From the human T2T-CHM13v2.0 reference genome, Homo sapiens: DNA of 64,000 bases. Under the pieces are notes generated by a model. That model made no database searches. It was not told where the DNA came from and saw nothing but the letters and a program-made list of their open reading frames with translations. The DNA lies in the NCBI RefSeq assembly GCF_009914755.1, contig NC_060942.1; one strand, given 5' to 3'. Positions 30,171 to 46,570 of the stretch are shown piece after piece. A program made the translations under genes and the position numbers. Within the stretch, counting starts at the first letter, position 1, and the number at the start of each line of letters is the position of its first letter.

Positions 30171-32169
30171 TCAGAGCCTGCACCCAGCTCCCAGCTTCCT
30201 CTCTGCCCTCTACACAAGGTGACTGTGGCCAGCCCTCACCTCCCATGACCTCCTGGGCACTGACATTTCAGTCTCAGAATAAGCCGTCCCAGGGCTGGGT
30301 GTGCAGAGCTTTGCAGGGGGTCCTTCTTTGGCAGGGGCTCTGATTTCTGTCTCCTCAAACCCTTGAAGCTTATTCTGTTTACTGTCAACACCTTTCTTAT
30401 TCAGGGCATCAGTACAATTATAGCCCTATCGACTTCCTGGAGAGAGAAGGCAAGAATGCATCTGGATTCTTAGAGACAGCAGAATCTACTCTAGCCAAGT
30501 GAAGCAAGCAGGATGCAATAGAGATATTAGAAGGCTTGCAGAAGTTTTGGAAAGGCTGGAGGCATGTGCTCTATACCCATTTCCAGAAGCAACTCCTGGA
30601 ATCACAGCACAGAACTAGCCTGGGGAAGGTTGCTGCCACCAGCCACCCTAGAGCCACATCCCCTCCGCCAAGAGCAGAAAACAGCCCACCATCACCTCCC
30701 TGTCCTTCTGCTACTCATGTCTCCAAAATAATTCCTTGTCCCCAGCTCATTCCATTATGAGATTTTCACTTCTGAGTCAAAATCTTGCACTGGAACAGCC
30801 AGTTCTGGAAATCTAATGTACATGTCTGTACCAAAGTAGGCTGAGAAAATAATAATTCCACGTTGGGAAGATGGAATTTACAATGTGGAGAGTCAGCAAA
30901 ATGTGGGGAGGGTGTTTTAAATATTTGGGGCATATGATCTATGTCCACCACATCACTGGATTGTATTAATACAAGTACTTAATAATTGTAGTAATAAACA
31001 ACATTGAGTGGTTGCTTACTGTATGCCCTGAGCTAAGGGCTTACATGTATGATTGTACCTGATTATCACGGTAAACCTATAGTTATTTCTACTTCCGGTC
31101 TTTTCAGAGCAGATCCCCAACCAGATGCTGAGTATATTTGAGTGGCCCCAAAGACGCCCAGCTGATTAGGAGGATATTTTGAAGTTAGACATTCGTTATT
31201 CAAACCTGTCAATTCAGAGCCCATTCCACAGAGGGCACAAGTGGCAAAGTGTGAGGGAGAATGGGGGAGGAAGGAAAAACATAAATAACGTGGAGTGTTG
31301 TGTGCTAGGCACCTTGGCAGGTACTTTACAGATATCATTCATACTTCAGCATGCCCAGAGCCAGTGTGGGCTGGTAGAAAGTACTGGACTCCAGAGCCAC
31401 AGAGACCTGGATGCAGCCATTGGCTCCTCCACTTTGAGCAAGGTGACCCTGGACAAGTGCCAGCCTCTCTGTAACACCTGAACGATCTTACCTGGTTTGC
31501 AGGGCATTCTGGGGATTAGAGATGATGTATGAAAAGCCTCTGGCACACAGAAGAAACTCAACAAATAGTAACCTGGTTTTAAAACTACCGTTCATACGGA
31601 AAAGCCTATTTCAACTTTGAGAGCTAAGAGTTTGTTCTTTTGGCAGATTAGATGTAGCTCAACTAACATGCACACGATCCACAGATATTCCAGAAGCCCT
31701 GCAGGAGACCTCTCATTCTCATGTGGTCCTTACAGGCCTGTGAGGCACCAGGATCAGGAGTGTTTTGGGGTGAGTGGACCTTTTGATCTCCTTGGTTCTG
31801 ATGAAGGTCCCCATCGAGGCACCATTAGGGGGAGAAAAGCAGCCATATATTTGCACAACTCCTTGTCTTTTGTGATAACCAAAGCCTTAATTCTTAATAG
31901 TCTATACCACAGGGAGGCTGATCAACCCCCGGAGCCCACTCCTGACTCCTCTCAGCACAGACCTGGGACCTGACATGTTGCCCACACAGCTTGCACATAA
32001 AGGCATTTCCAAACCAAATGCCCACAGGATTTCCAGCCTGGTGGAAATTCTAGAGCCACACCACATGAGAGAAGACATAGACACCGGAGAATGCTTGGTT
32101 TGGAGAAAAGGAGAGGAGCATTGGAGAGGCATAGGAGAGGAATGAAAAACTAGTCAATAGTTGATTCTG

Positions 32170-34011
<1,842 letters not shown>

Positions 34012-34531
34012 TTAACTTAAAGAAAAACTCAATTCAAATAACTGAAGAACTATCTTGTAGAAGACAGATACCTTGTGGAGGACACAGAATTCTGTTGAAC
34101 TCCAGATGGGAAGACCCCCACTAATAAAGTTTCCAAGTCAGCACAAACAATTGTCAATCTGTTGCTCTTAGCAACAGCCCAGCACATGAGAGACAGTCAA
34201 ATAATTATCTGGATGAATGATCATATGAATGAATGAAACAATCAATGAATAAATATGGAACAAAACTGACCAGGATTTGAAGCCCAGTTCTACCATTATT
34301 GGCTATGTGATTTCAACCAAATGGTTTACTAAGCTTCAATTTCCTCATCTCTGAAGTAGGAATAAATTCTTCCTTGAAGGACTGTGATAAGGATTAAGTA
34401 AAATAGCTTTCAACTCTTAAACTCATTGACCTAGAAGTTACATTTCTGGGAATTTACCTTATAGGCATTCTTCCACAGTTGCATGAAAAGATAGGCATTT
34501 CATAAGTGGTTACTATCATCATCATCACCAT

Positions 34532-34844
34532 TGCTATAGTTTGAATATGTCCCCTCCAAAATTCAGGTGTTGCCATTGTGATAGTATTAAGGGGTGGGGC
34601 CTTTAAGAGGTGATTAGGCCATGAGAGCTTCCCCCTCGTGAAAGGGATTGGGTGCCGTTATAAAGGGGCTTGTCCTTCTGCCTATTGCCATGTGGGAACA
34701 CAGCAAGAAAGTTCTCACCAGATACTGGCACCTTGATCTTGGACTTCTCAGCCTCCAGAATTTTTGAGGAAGAAAAAAAAATATGTTCTTTATAAATCAC
34801 CAGTCTCAGGTATTCTGGCATAGCAGCACCAATGGACTAAGAGA
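34532..34844 (+). mobile_element. MST-family MaLR solo LTR
   Basis: tgctatagtttgaatatgtcccctccaaaattca...ttgatcttggacttctcagcctccaga...tagcagcaccaatggactaaga. Confidence 0.8.
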
Positions 34845-37309
34845 GAAATCATTGCTATCATTTCCATTGACAACATCCCCAAGGAAGCTGCCTTGGAAAA
34901 TTGCATCCCAACAGATGCTGGGGGACTCCTGTCTAGGATGCAGGAGAGGAGATGCCTCCGGGGCTGGAAGCCTGTGCAGGGTGGCCTCTGAGGCCCCCTT
35001 CTACTCTCCAGTTCTGGAATGAGTTATTCTTCCCATCATGGGCCCTGTCTTAGGAGAGAGAGCAATGTGCCACGTTCAGCCTGCCCTCAAAGCATTGAGG
35101 GAGCTGCTCTCCTCCCTCTGGTTATTGGGGAATCCCAGGGTAGCCAGAAGGTAGCCTAAGAAGAGAGAAGGAACACCTAGGCTTTTCTTCCCTCCTTCTT
35201 CCTCCCCATCACACTCATCAAGACTCTCCACGTAACACCAGAGCCCAGAGTTCAAAGGAAGTGGGGGAACCGTTGTTCTAGCACTGAGAGGGTGACAATG
35301 ACAGTACAGCTGGAGCTCAGCATGTGACCACCGTTAGCATCATCCACATTTATAGGCAGTACCCTGCAACAGACAGGAGAATCCATGGTTCCCTTAGAAA
35401 TGTCAGCGTGGCACCCACCTCCACTTGCTCTTCTCCAGCTATTTTTACCACAGTCAAAATCGGGCAGTACAAGACCAAGGACCAGCCAGACCAGCTGGAT
35501 TCAAATCCTAACTCTGCTATTTGCTAGCTGTGTGATCTTGGGCAAGTTACTTAACTTCTCTGTGCTTCAGATTCCTCATCTGAAAAAAAAGGATAACACA
35601 TCTGCTGCAATGTGTCATCATGAAGATGAAATTAGTTAACATGAATAAAGTGCTTAACTCAGTGCCTGGTGCATGGTGCATGATCCTATTTGGCAGCATC
35701 ATGAGATGAAATGGGGCGCTTGCCTCGAAAAAGATATTTGAGGTTCTTGTTGTCCATCCTGTTTGTGACCTTGCTCAAGTCACTTAATGTCTCAGGGCCT
35801 CAGTCTTTAACTTGTGAAGTGGTGCTGATCCGCCTGCCTTGACTGTGCTCAGGGATCTTAAGGATCAAACATGAGAACATTAGTAAAAAGGCTTCTGAAA
35901 GGATAAAAAGGAGAACGATCATTATGGCCACACTGAGGCATGCAGAGCCCGTAAACAGAAGTCAACAGTGTGCTGCTGGCTGTGAGAGGTTCTAGAATGA
36001 TCTCACCAACAGTCACGTGGCTGGGGAGAATCACCTGGGAAGCCAAGCACACATGGTGGGGATGCTGCCCTGATGTCTCACCTCCCAGCCCCTCCCCTCA
36101 CAAGAGGGTCAGAGCTTGAGGCACATGTACTGTTAGAAGGTGGCGGATGCTTCCTTTTTCCTGGGCCCACTTCCTCCTACTACAGCCCCCCCTTCTACCC
36201 TTGGAGGTACCCAGGATTCTGTACCTGGAAAGGGGCCACAGCCTTCCTGATCTCAGCTGAGACTACCTCCTCTAAGCCCAGGACTGTGCAGGGGCTGAAT
36301 GATGAGGACTAAAGACAAGTACAGCAAGGCCCCACCCTCACGGAGTTTAGGGTGACTGTGGCTGCAAGCCGGACACAGCTGGACAAGCTTTGCAGGAAAC
36401 AATGGAACAATTATGAATTGGATGTAATCAGGGAACTCATGGTGGACTGGAATCAAGGAGGGCTTCATGGAAGAGATGGGATCAGAACTGGGCTTTCAGA
36501 GTGAGGACAGGAAGAGGGAGAAAGGGGAAGACAAACAAGGCCATGGGCAGGCACAGAGCACACATTCAATAAATACTTGCTGAATGAATGAATGAGTGAA
36601 TGCATGGATGACTATGGCGCTTACGGGGACTGGTGAGCCACTTTGGAGTCAGCATTGAGAATTTAAATGGCTTCAGAGACTAGGCAGGCAGCACTGATGA
36701 GTAAACCAGACCTAGTATGAGATGACAGGGAGTGGTGGAGACTGTGATAAGCTGGACGTCCACAGCCTATTGGCATTCACAGAAAAAAGGATTTCAAAAC
36801 GCTGGAAAGGAAAAAAACAACTTAAACTCTGCTGGCCAAAACCAGCTCTAGGGTCACAGTTCACTTCTTTGGTTTACCTGGCAAGGAGTTAGAGCAATTT
36901 CAAGCAGGTCTCATGTGGCCCAGGGAAAGATGAGACTAGAAGGACAAGGCCCTGGGGTCCAGAGCACCGGCCGCCTTCGACATATGGGATGGACATCTCC
37001 TTGCAAAGCCCCAGGCTCCCTGTCTCCATCAACCACAGTGGGCATAGGATGAGCTGTCAGGCTTCCTCCCCAAGACATCCTTTCATGACCCCAGCAGTTC
37101 AGGGCGCTCTGCCTGATGCAGACCACCTACTCGGGGACCAGACTGGAACGTGGCTTTGGGGATGTTCAGGAGCTGGAGAACATGGGGCCATGGGGGCACT
37201 GTGGCTCTAGTCTATTCTGTTCCACTGAGAATCGGGGGCTAAAGGCAAGTTGCTCCACCTGTCTGTACAACAGGGACCCCACCATCCCTGCATAATGCCT
37301 GCCTTCTTA

Positions 37310-37760
<451 letters not shown>

Positions 37761-38479
37761 CCCTCTGCCTTCTCTGGCTCCTGAGCTGAACCTCAGTGCC
37801 TTATCTCTGAACCTCCTGTCCCTGTCCCCTCCCACCACCCTCTGGTGAGCCACCTCCTCCTCCTCTGTACCTGCCCCGGGGCTTCTCTTTGGGCCTCATC
37901 ACTTATTCATGGCGCTGAGGGCAGGCTGACTTCCTTCCTCTCTCCCCTCCCCACCAGCCCTCTCTCCTCCCTATGGAGAATCAGGTGACACGGAGCCCTT
38001 GAAGTCCATTTCCCACCTGGCCTCACAGCCAGGGGGTCACCTGGGATCCCTCCAGGCCACCCCAGGGACAGGTGAGGGCTCCTCACCCAGGAGATCTCCC
38101 AAGCCTTACAGCCCACACGGGACCCTCCTGAGGAAGGCGGGGCCCCGGAATCAGCCAGGCTCCCAGGACTCAAAGGCCCCCGTTTCTCTCCATTATTCAT
38201 GACCTCTGATCGTCTTACGGAGCAGGCGGGGTTCTCGCTGGATCCTTCTCGTTCTCTCTCTCTGCTTCCATCTCATCAAGACTGCGGGCTTCCGGAAGTG
38301 GCCTCTGGGCACGAGGAAAGCTAGGGCACCAGAAAACTCTCCCCGCTCCCCCTGCCAGGTGAGCTTTATATGCACTAAAGTTTAAACATCATCGTAGCCG
38401 ATGCCCTCCCAGGTGAACTCACTAACTAGATCAGCTCACCACCTGGACTCACGGGAGGGCATCAGCAAGCTCCTACCCC

Positions 38480-38650
38480 AGGGCGCACAGCCCGGGCTGC
38501 ACACCAGAAGCCCCCAGAGAGGTGTTGAACGCTAATGCGTGGGTCCCATCCCCAAGGATTCTGATTTGCTTGGTTTGGGACGCAGCTTGGGCCCCAGTTT
38601 TTAAAGCTCCTGGTGACTTTCATGTGCAGCCATGTTGAGGGTCCCTGAAT
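38480..38650. mobile_element. MER5-type hAT MITE
   Basis: ggctgcaca...gattctgattt...tttttaaagctcctggtgact...gtgcagcca. Confidence 0.6.
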
Positions 38651-39003
38651 CGCTTCTCAGGTAACTTAGGTGTGCTAACAGGAGTCCTCTAGAAGCAACA
38701 CGTGTGATTTTGTCCTCTAAGCCAAAATAGTGACTCTAAAGGGGAATTTCAGGTGGAGAGGAAGAGAGGATTTGGAGCGGACGCCTGAGGAGCAGTCGGC
38801 ACTCACAGGCCTCCCCGGCAGCCTGGGGCAGCTTTGGTCCTGCCCTGCTCTTTGGAGCCATCCAAATCTTCCACTAGGGGGAGGCATCTCTAACCCCGAA
38901 CGTTCCTACCCAGGAAAGATCAACCTCCCCTCTTCCCCTATTCAGCTGAGGGGCCGCCCTTGAAGCAGCTCAAAGTCCTCTGAGGACCAGGAGTGAAGTT
39001 TAA

Positions 39004-39453
<450 letters not shown>

Positions 39454-39550
39454 TAGAACTTTAAAAGCTGAAATCAAAATATTTTTAGAGAATCCCATGG
39501 TACTGGAACACACTGGCTAGGAGGTCAGGGAAATAATTCTATATTATTTC

Positions 39551-40022
39551 TGTATTATTTCAAGGTTCTCCAGACAGACAGAACCACTAGGATATACAGA
39601 TCAGTAGATATATGACAGGAGGCTTACTAGGGGCGTTGGCTCATGGGATTATGGATGCCGAGAAGTCCCACAACAGGCAGTCTGCACGTTGGAGACGTAG
39701 GAAGGCTGGTAGTGTGGTGGGTCCAAGTCTGAAGGCCTGGGAACCTGGGAAACCCGTGGTGTAATTCTCAGTCTCAGGCCCAAAACCTGAGAACCTGGTG
39801 GTGAGCGGGTGATGGAGCAAGTCCCAGAGTCCAAAGACTGGAGAACCTAGAGTTCTGATGCCCAAGGACAGGAGAAGAAGGGTGTCCCAGCTCCAGGAGA
39901 GAGATAAAACATTCACCTTTCCTTTGCCTCTTTGTTCTGTCGGGGCCCCCAGCCGATTGCATGGTGCCCACCCACATTGAGGGCACAACCAGTCATGTTG
40001 ACACCAAAAATTAACCCTCACA
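39551..40022 (-). mobile_element. MLT2 (ERVL) solo LTR
   Basis: tgtatta...ggttctccagacagacagaacca...gagaagtcccacaacaggcagtctgca...gttgacaccaaaaattaaccctcaca. Confidence 0.8.
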
Positions 40023-40029
40023 AATACCA

Positions 40030-40830
40030 AGAGTTCATAGGGACATGAGCAGCCAGAACTCTCATACTGCTAGTTGGAGTGTAAAATGGTGCAGCCACTT
40101 TGGAAAATAAAGCAAAGCAAATACTTCCCATGTAACCCAGAAATTCCACTCCTTGGTATTTACCTAAGATAAATGAAAAAGGATATCCACACAAGATCTG
40201 TATGTAAATATTCATAGAAGCTTTATTCATAACCAAAAACTGGACACAACTCAGGCATTCATCACCTGGCCAGTGGGTAAACAAACTGAGGTACATCTGT
40301 ACAGGCAATAATACTCAACAATAGAAAGGAAGGGAGTCGGGAAACATGCTACAACATGGATGCCTCTGGAAAGCACTACGCTAAGTGCAGAAAAGCGGTC
40401 AGAAAAAATACATGCTGTGTGATTACATTGATGTAACATTCTCTAAAAGGTAAAACTATAGGATCAGAAAACAGGCCTGATGGGTGCAGTGGCTCACACC
40501 TGTGATCTCAGCACTTTGGAAAGCCAAGATAGGAGGATCGCTTGAGCCCAGGAGTTTGGGACTAGCAGTAACATAGGGAGATCCAGTCTCTACAAAAAAT
40601 TTAAAACCTGGTGGCACAGACCTGTAGTCCCAGCTACTCAAGAGGCTGAGGCTGGAGGATCACTCGAGCCTGGGAGGTGGAGATTGCAATAAGCTGTAGT
40701 AAGCTGTGATTGTGCCATTGCACTCCAGCCTGGGCAACAGAGCAAAACCCTGTCTGAGAAAAAAAAAAAAAAAAGAAGCCTATGGTTGCCAAGGGCTGGA
40801 CTAGTGGGAGGGAATGGTCTGCAAGGAAGC
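40030..40830 (+). mobile_element. Old L1M 3' fragment with AluJ inserted at 40474-40774
   Basis: gtaaaatggtgcagccactttggaaaa and cagaaattccactccttggtatttacc. The L1 resumes after the Alu tail (tggttgccaagggct). Confidence 0.78.
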
Positions 40831-42274
40831 ATGAAGAGGCATTGCTTGGTCTCAGGAGCAGGACATGGGCTCCACCCTGTCTCTCTGAAGTGGCCTTATC
40901 TGCTGCCTTTCCATCTCCATGTGATGGCCTGTCTGGGTCACGCCTATGGTGCAGGCCTGGCTATTGACTCAACTCCCACCCCAGCTCCTTGGTGTGAGGA
41001 TCCTGCACATAGCTGGCTGTGAACGGGTGCTCAGGGCATGCTTTGCAGACCCACTTCTCATCCCAGTGCAAGGTCTAGATTTGTGGAGAGGTAGGAGGAG
41101 GCCTCAGTAGGCATAGCATAAGGCCCTGAACTGTGCAGTGGTGGTGAGGAGTCCTAATTGATAAAGCTAAGATGTAGAGTCCCATCGGTTTCTTGTGTAC
41201 TGATAAAAGCACAAAGGACAGACAGGGTGATTACTTGGGTGGGACCCCAAGCCTATGATAATAGGGAGAGGTTGTTCATCCAATGACCATTTGCATGTGC
41301 ACAGACATGTCCAAATGTGCAAAATGATATCGTTGTGCCCGTCTCCTCCTTAGAGTACATTCTCTTGCTGCTGGATGGCGTTGGTCATATTCCTCTCCAG
41401 CTCAAAAACATTTGCTTACGCCCCACGGCAATTGAATTTTCTCAGCCAGAGTTCTGGATTAAAAGCAACAGAAACCAACAATGGCTAGTTTAAGTAGAAA
41501 AATTATTTTTTTAAGCTGATGGAAGGTGGATCTCAGAATGTCCCAGAGATCTACACTCTGGAAATGATGCCTAGAATCATGCTGGTCCAGAGAGGACCCG
41601 ACTTCCACCAGTGCTGGGCCTGGATGTACAGCGTGCACCACAAGCTTCAGCACTGGCTGTTGCTGCTAGAGCCACAGCAGCTGCCTGTTTGTGCCGCCCT
41701 CACCAGAATGGACTCTGCTGCCTTCTGCCATTCAGTCTGGGGCCGGAGCATCTGATTGGCTGAGCCTAAGTCATGTGCCCACAGCCTTGCTGGAAAGGAG
41801 GCTGGGAAAGAGAGTATTTGGCCTTTCCAACTGCTATGCTGGGAACTGTGCTCTTCTCAAACTTTAGAAGGGGATTCAGATGCTGGATTACCAAGATAAC
41901 AAATGTCTATGAAACTAATAGAATTCTAGCTCCTCAAGCTGATAGCAGAGACCCTCTATAATCTGACCAACCTTCTCCTTATGAAACCCACACTGTGGAT
42001 AAACAGAAGAAACCCCTGTTTTCTAAACGGGCCTGGTGCTTTCCTTCTGCAGGCTTTAGTTCACGCTGACGTTAGAGCTGTTGTGTGCATTCCTGTGTCA
42101 GCCAGCTATTGCCACACGACAAGCAAGCATACAAATCTCAGTGGCATGGTGTTACCTCTCACATGTCTGGGGCTGGGTTGGGATGACATATATATGCTGG
42201 GCTCAGCTGGCAGGTCTGCCTCAATCTATAGGACCAGCTGAACATGGCCAGGGCAACTCTTTTCTACGTGAGTT

Positions 42275-42870
42275 TGAAACCATCCCTATAAACTTTATAA
42301 AATTAATCAGCAAAGAAGGGAGGGGGAGAAATGAAAATAAACCAAGCTTGCAGCACACTCAGCATTCATCAGCAAGTCAGCTTGCTCTCTGACCCACCCC
42401 TCGTGGTTCCTTACCTGTTGCCTCAGAATAACGTAGATCCTGTTACAAGATCATCGTTCCCTTTAACTGCCCTATAGACAACAATCTGAACATTATAAAA
42501 CATGAAGATTTCTCTTTTACAAGAGCATAGTTCCCCTTAACTGCCCTATTGCCAACAATCTGAACATTATAAAACGTGAAGATTTCCCTTTGAGATACTC
42601 CTTTCAGGTCCTGCATACCAGTGAAACTACTGATGTCAGCTGATCTGAAGGACCCCAGGAGAAGCTGACTTACCAAGGAATCACCCTCCATGGTCCCCTT
42701 AAAAGCCCCAGCTCAGAACTCCTCCGGGGGATGGATTTGAGGGTCTCCTCCCAACTCCTTGCTTGGTGCCCTATGATCATAAAACTCTTTCTCTGCTGCA
42801 AATCCTGCTGCCTTGGTGTAATTGGTTTGTGACTGCACAGTAGGCATATGAACCTATTGGTCCTATAACA
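42275..42870 (+). mobile_element. ERV1 (MER4-group, MER39-like) solo LTR nested in an older MLT1-type LTR (about 42090-43160)
   Basis: TG...CA termini with 4-bp flanks agtt/ggtt. TATA-like ccttaaaagccc and poly(A)-like cataaaactc near the 3' end. Confidence 0.7.
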
Positions 42871-45281
42871 GGTTCAATCTGGGGCCGGCCTGAAGGAACA
42901 GCAGCCACCCAGGGCAAGCTCTTCTCATGGCCATGGTAGAAATGCACAGGAGTGACCCTGGAAATGCAAGCACCTGGGAGGCCTTTTAGTTACATCACAT
43001 CTGCTGACACCCTTTGGATAAACAAATCAACACATATGGCCAAGCCCAGAGTCAAGAGGCAAGGAAGTGCTCTCTATTTTGGGGGCTATAAAGTTACATG
43101 GCAGGGGGTGTGGACACAGTGAGGGGTGAAGTATTGAGACCAGTCATTTACTCTATCCCAATTGCCTATTTTTTCCCTCAGACTTCAGTTTTTCTAAGCA
43201 AGTCCTGTGTACCTCAACTGCCTAGCAGAAAAGGAACGTGGCCTTTAAAAGTAAATGAATGAGTGAATTACAAATATGTAGTGGGAAGGTGGTGATAGTG
43301 AGCATACGTCAATGCAAATAACACACATGCATGTCCTGGCAGCTCCAGCTCCCACCACAGCTCCCCACCAACCATGTGCCCCTTATTTCTCAAGGTAACT
43401 AGCTAGTCTGACGTCTCAAAATGAGGCATCTCTTCCTCTGGGAGGAAGAGAGTGATGCGGTGTTGTGAGGTTGATGGTTTTCTGGTTCACTGAAATGTTA
43501 GTTCCCAAAACTACTTTGGGGAAGCCTTCTCCCTGGGGTCAGCTACTCAGTGTTAGAACAGTGAGCCTTCAACCACTTCTGCCCCCCTCCAACCCACTCT
43601 GCTCAAAGCAGATTTTATTAAAAATAAATCAGATCATGTCTCTCCCCAGCTTATGTGCTCCAGTGGCTTTCCCTGACCTTAGGACAAAACACTAACCTGT
43701 CTCCAAGGCCTGCAGGCTCTCATATCCTCACCCCGTTATCCAACCACACTGGCTTCAACCTACCCCATTTCCACCAACCCCACTCCTCTCCTGACTGACC
43801 TCACTATTATGATCAAACGCACACACAGCCCCCTCATTGTCAATGGCAAACAGACCCCATTTTTGTAACTGGACCCCTCCTCTCTCTTCCTAGTGCCACT
43901 GCCTTAGTCCTCTCCTCCTGCCTCTCTCACTGGGATCATACCCCTACTGGCCGCCCAGCAAATTACTCTTACCTTACTCAGGCTGGAATTCCTACGGCGC
44001 ACCTGCAAGAATCATTTCTCCAGAAAATTGATGTGAGGACACATTATTTTCTTGTTACCCTCTCTTTCAGGAAACAAATGACCAATTCCTTAGCCCTGTT
44101 TGCAAAGTCTCCACCAAAGTCTGGTGCTGCCTCTGTCCTCTACACCCCCCACCCACCACCCTGTGTGACCACTTGCAAACTCATTTCTTGCTGACTTTTC
44201 AGATTCAGATCCATCTGCTTGTAATGCTTCGCCTTCCCTCAGTGGCAAGTTCCAACATGCAATCCAAGGCCCAGTCAGCAGTCACTTCTGTAAAACCTTC
44301 CTCTGCTCCTCAAGTTCCTCTCTCCTTCACTCATACCTCAATTGTTGCACACAGCTCATCATTTTGTAATTACTTCTGTACCCAGTACATCCAACAAGCA
44401 GGACTCCCAGATATGATAAAAAGCACATTTATTTTTGCTTAGTGAGAACAGTCCTTCCCTTGACACTAGATAAAATCTTGAACAGATCTGTGACTGTTTG
44501 GTGGATCACTTTCAGATCATTTAAAAGTTTTACAGACCCTGTAAGTGATGAATATTGTCTCAAGTCAAAAATTAGAGCTGTATAGAGCCTGTAGGAGCCC
44601 ACGCTGGATGTTCATGAAACTCAGCCTGTTCCATGTCTCTTCCTTAGCCAGGCCTGGCAGCTCAGCTGCTGCCTAGGGAAGGGGCCAGTCATCTCCTGTC
44701 CTGCTGACCTCTTGCTGCTCTTGGTAGTTGCAGATTCTGACATATGCCCCAGCCACCCCCATCGCAGGGTTGGGTCACTCTCGTGAGAGGACTGTATGTA
44801 TTCCTGTGGTCCTCATGGATGTTTAAAGCCAACTCTTCCATGGGAAGGCCTGTGGGTTTTCCCAGGCTCCCCTCTGACCAGGATCCCCTGACATGGGCCT
44901 CTCCTGATCCCACCTTCACTTCTGCTCCAGAACTACACCCCACAGCCTCCCACTGCCAAGGTCCCCTTATCCTTTCTAAAGACCTCTGGCTGACTTTTGA
45001 GCATACATCCCTGCCACCAGGACTGATCCTGCTTTGACCCTCCATCAGCCCAGCTCTGCTGCTCTGGGCCCCTTCAGCTTCCTCAGGCCAGAGTGGGGCT
45101 CCAGCTCCAGTGCTCTGGGACCCAACTGGGGGAATCCACGGCAAACTCTCTGGGTGGCCTTGTGGAAGCCCTTCTCGCTAAGCCTGGAGTCAGGAGGAAG
45201 CACTGACCCCCAACCCTCTACCTTGAGGATGGGGTTCCTAGCCCAGTTTTCTCCATGAAATCCTTTTAAAAAATCAATGAG

Positions 45282-45548
45282 GGTCAGGTGCGGTGGCTCA
45301 CACCTATAATCCCAGCACTTTGGGAGGCTGAAGAGGAAGGATCACTTGAGCCCAAGAGTTCGAGACCAACCTGGGAAACATAGTAAGACCTATCTTTACA
45401 AAAAATTAAAAAATGAGCCAAGCTACTCAGGAGGCGGAGGTGGGAGACTCTCTTGAGACTGGGAGTCCAAGGCTACTATAAGCCATGATGGTGCCACGGA
45501 ACTTCAGCCTGGGTGACACAGCAAGACCCTGTCTCAAAAAAAAAAAAA
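45282..45548 (+). mobile_element. AluJ with internal deletion
   Basis: TSD aaaaatcaatga on both sides. Confidence 0.88.
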
Positions 45549-45769
45549 TCAATGATTCTATCAGCATTATGTCATCCCTTTTATATCTTTAATCTTCAAG
45601 AAGGGCCCAAGAACAGTTTAACTGGTTTTCAACTGATTTGTCTGACAGCTCTGTACATGGTCTAGGGCCTCCTTTACAGAGTGGCATTATCGTAGCTTGA
45701 TGCCTTGGTTGAAACTGCCCACTTCATATCTGGTTACACTTGCTGGTCTCTCTCCTCCAGCAAGCAATC

Positions 45770-46570
45770 CCATTCTCAAGTGGGACTGATGTCTTAGACT
45801 TCTGTGCCCCTGCTGAGAAGCAACATCCTTGACACAGCCCTTTCCTCTTCCACCCCCATCATCATCTGTCACTGGCCTCCTTATCCATCTGGCTCCTGGG
45901 GAGCTCTCAGCCCTGTCCCCTTCACTCCATCCCACATCACCCATCGTCCTGGTCCTCACCACCACCAGCAGCCTCCTAAATGGCCTCCTTTCAAACACTC
46001 TGGGCCCCAGCAGTTTCACATTTCACGCTGCAGCAGGGTGAGGTTTTTTGGTGTCAATCTGATCATGTCCTCTTCCTCCTTATGACCCTTCAAGGACTAG
46101 CTGATTCTCTTAAAATCAAAATCAATATCAGTTATGGGGCCACCTTTCCCCATAGGGTCTCACCTCTGTCCAGTTCTCCAACTTTATCTCCCACCATGTC
46201 CCCCTCCTTTTCCGGGCAGGAGCGTGCTGGCCTTCCGTAAGGGTCCCAAGCTCTCTCCCACCTGGAATTGCATCCCCCACAACTCCACCTAGCTAACCCT
46301 GTCTCTCCCGGGAAGCCCCCCTTGGTGCTCAATCCCAGTTCGTTGCTACCTGTCTGAGCCTCTCATAGCACTTGCATGTTCCTTTGTAGTATGGTTTATA
46401 ACGAAAACATTCAGCAGTGAGGTTTTTTTGATTACCTGTATTTCTCTGGCCAGACACTATGTTCCATGAACATAGTGATTGAATGTGCATTTGCAACTCT
46501 TGTATTCTCAAATACTCAAGTAGTTTGACCTAAACAGGGGTTCGAAACATATTTGTTGAATGAATGAAGT
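45770..46570 (+). mobile_element. L2 LINE 3' fragment
   Basis: cagcctcctaaatggcctcc...tctgatcatgtc...tatttgttgaatgaatgaa terminus. Other L2 pieces lie at about 8300-8595, 43560-43720, 55330-56310 (minus) and 56860-57000. Confidence 0.65.
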
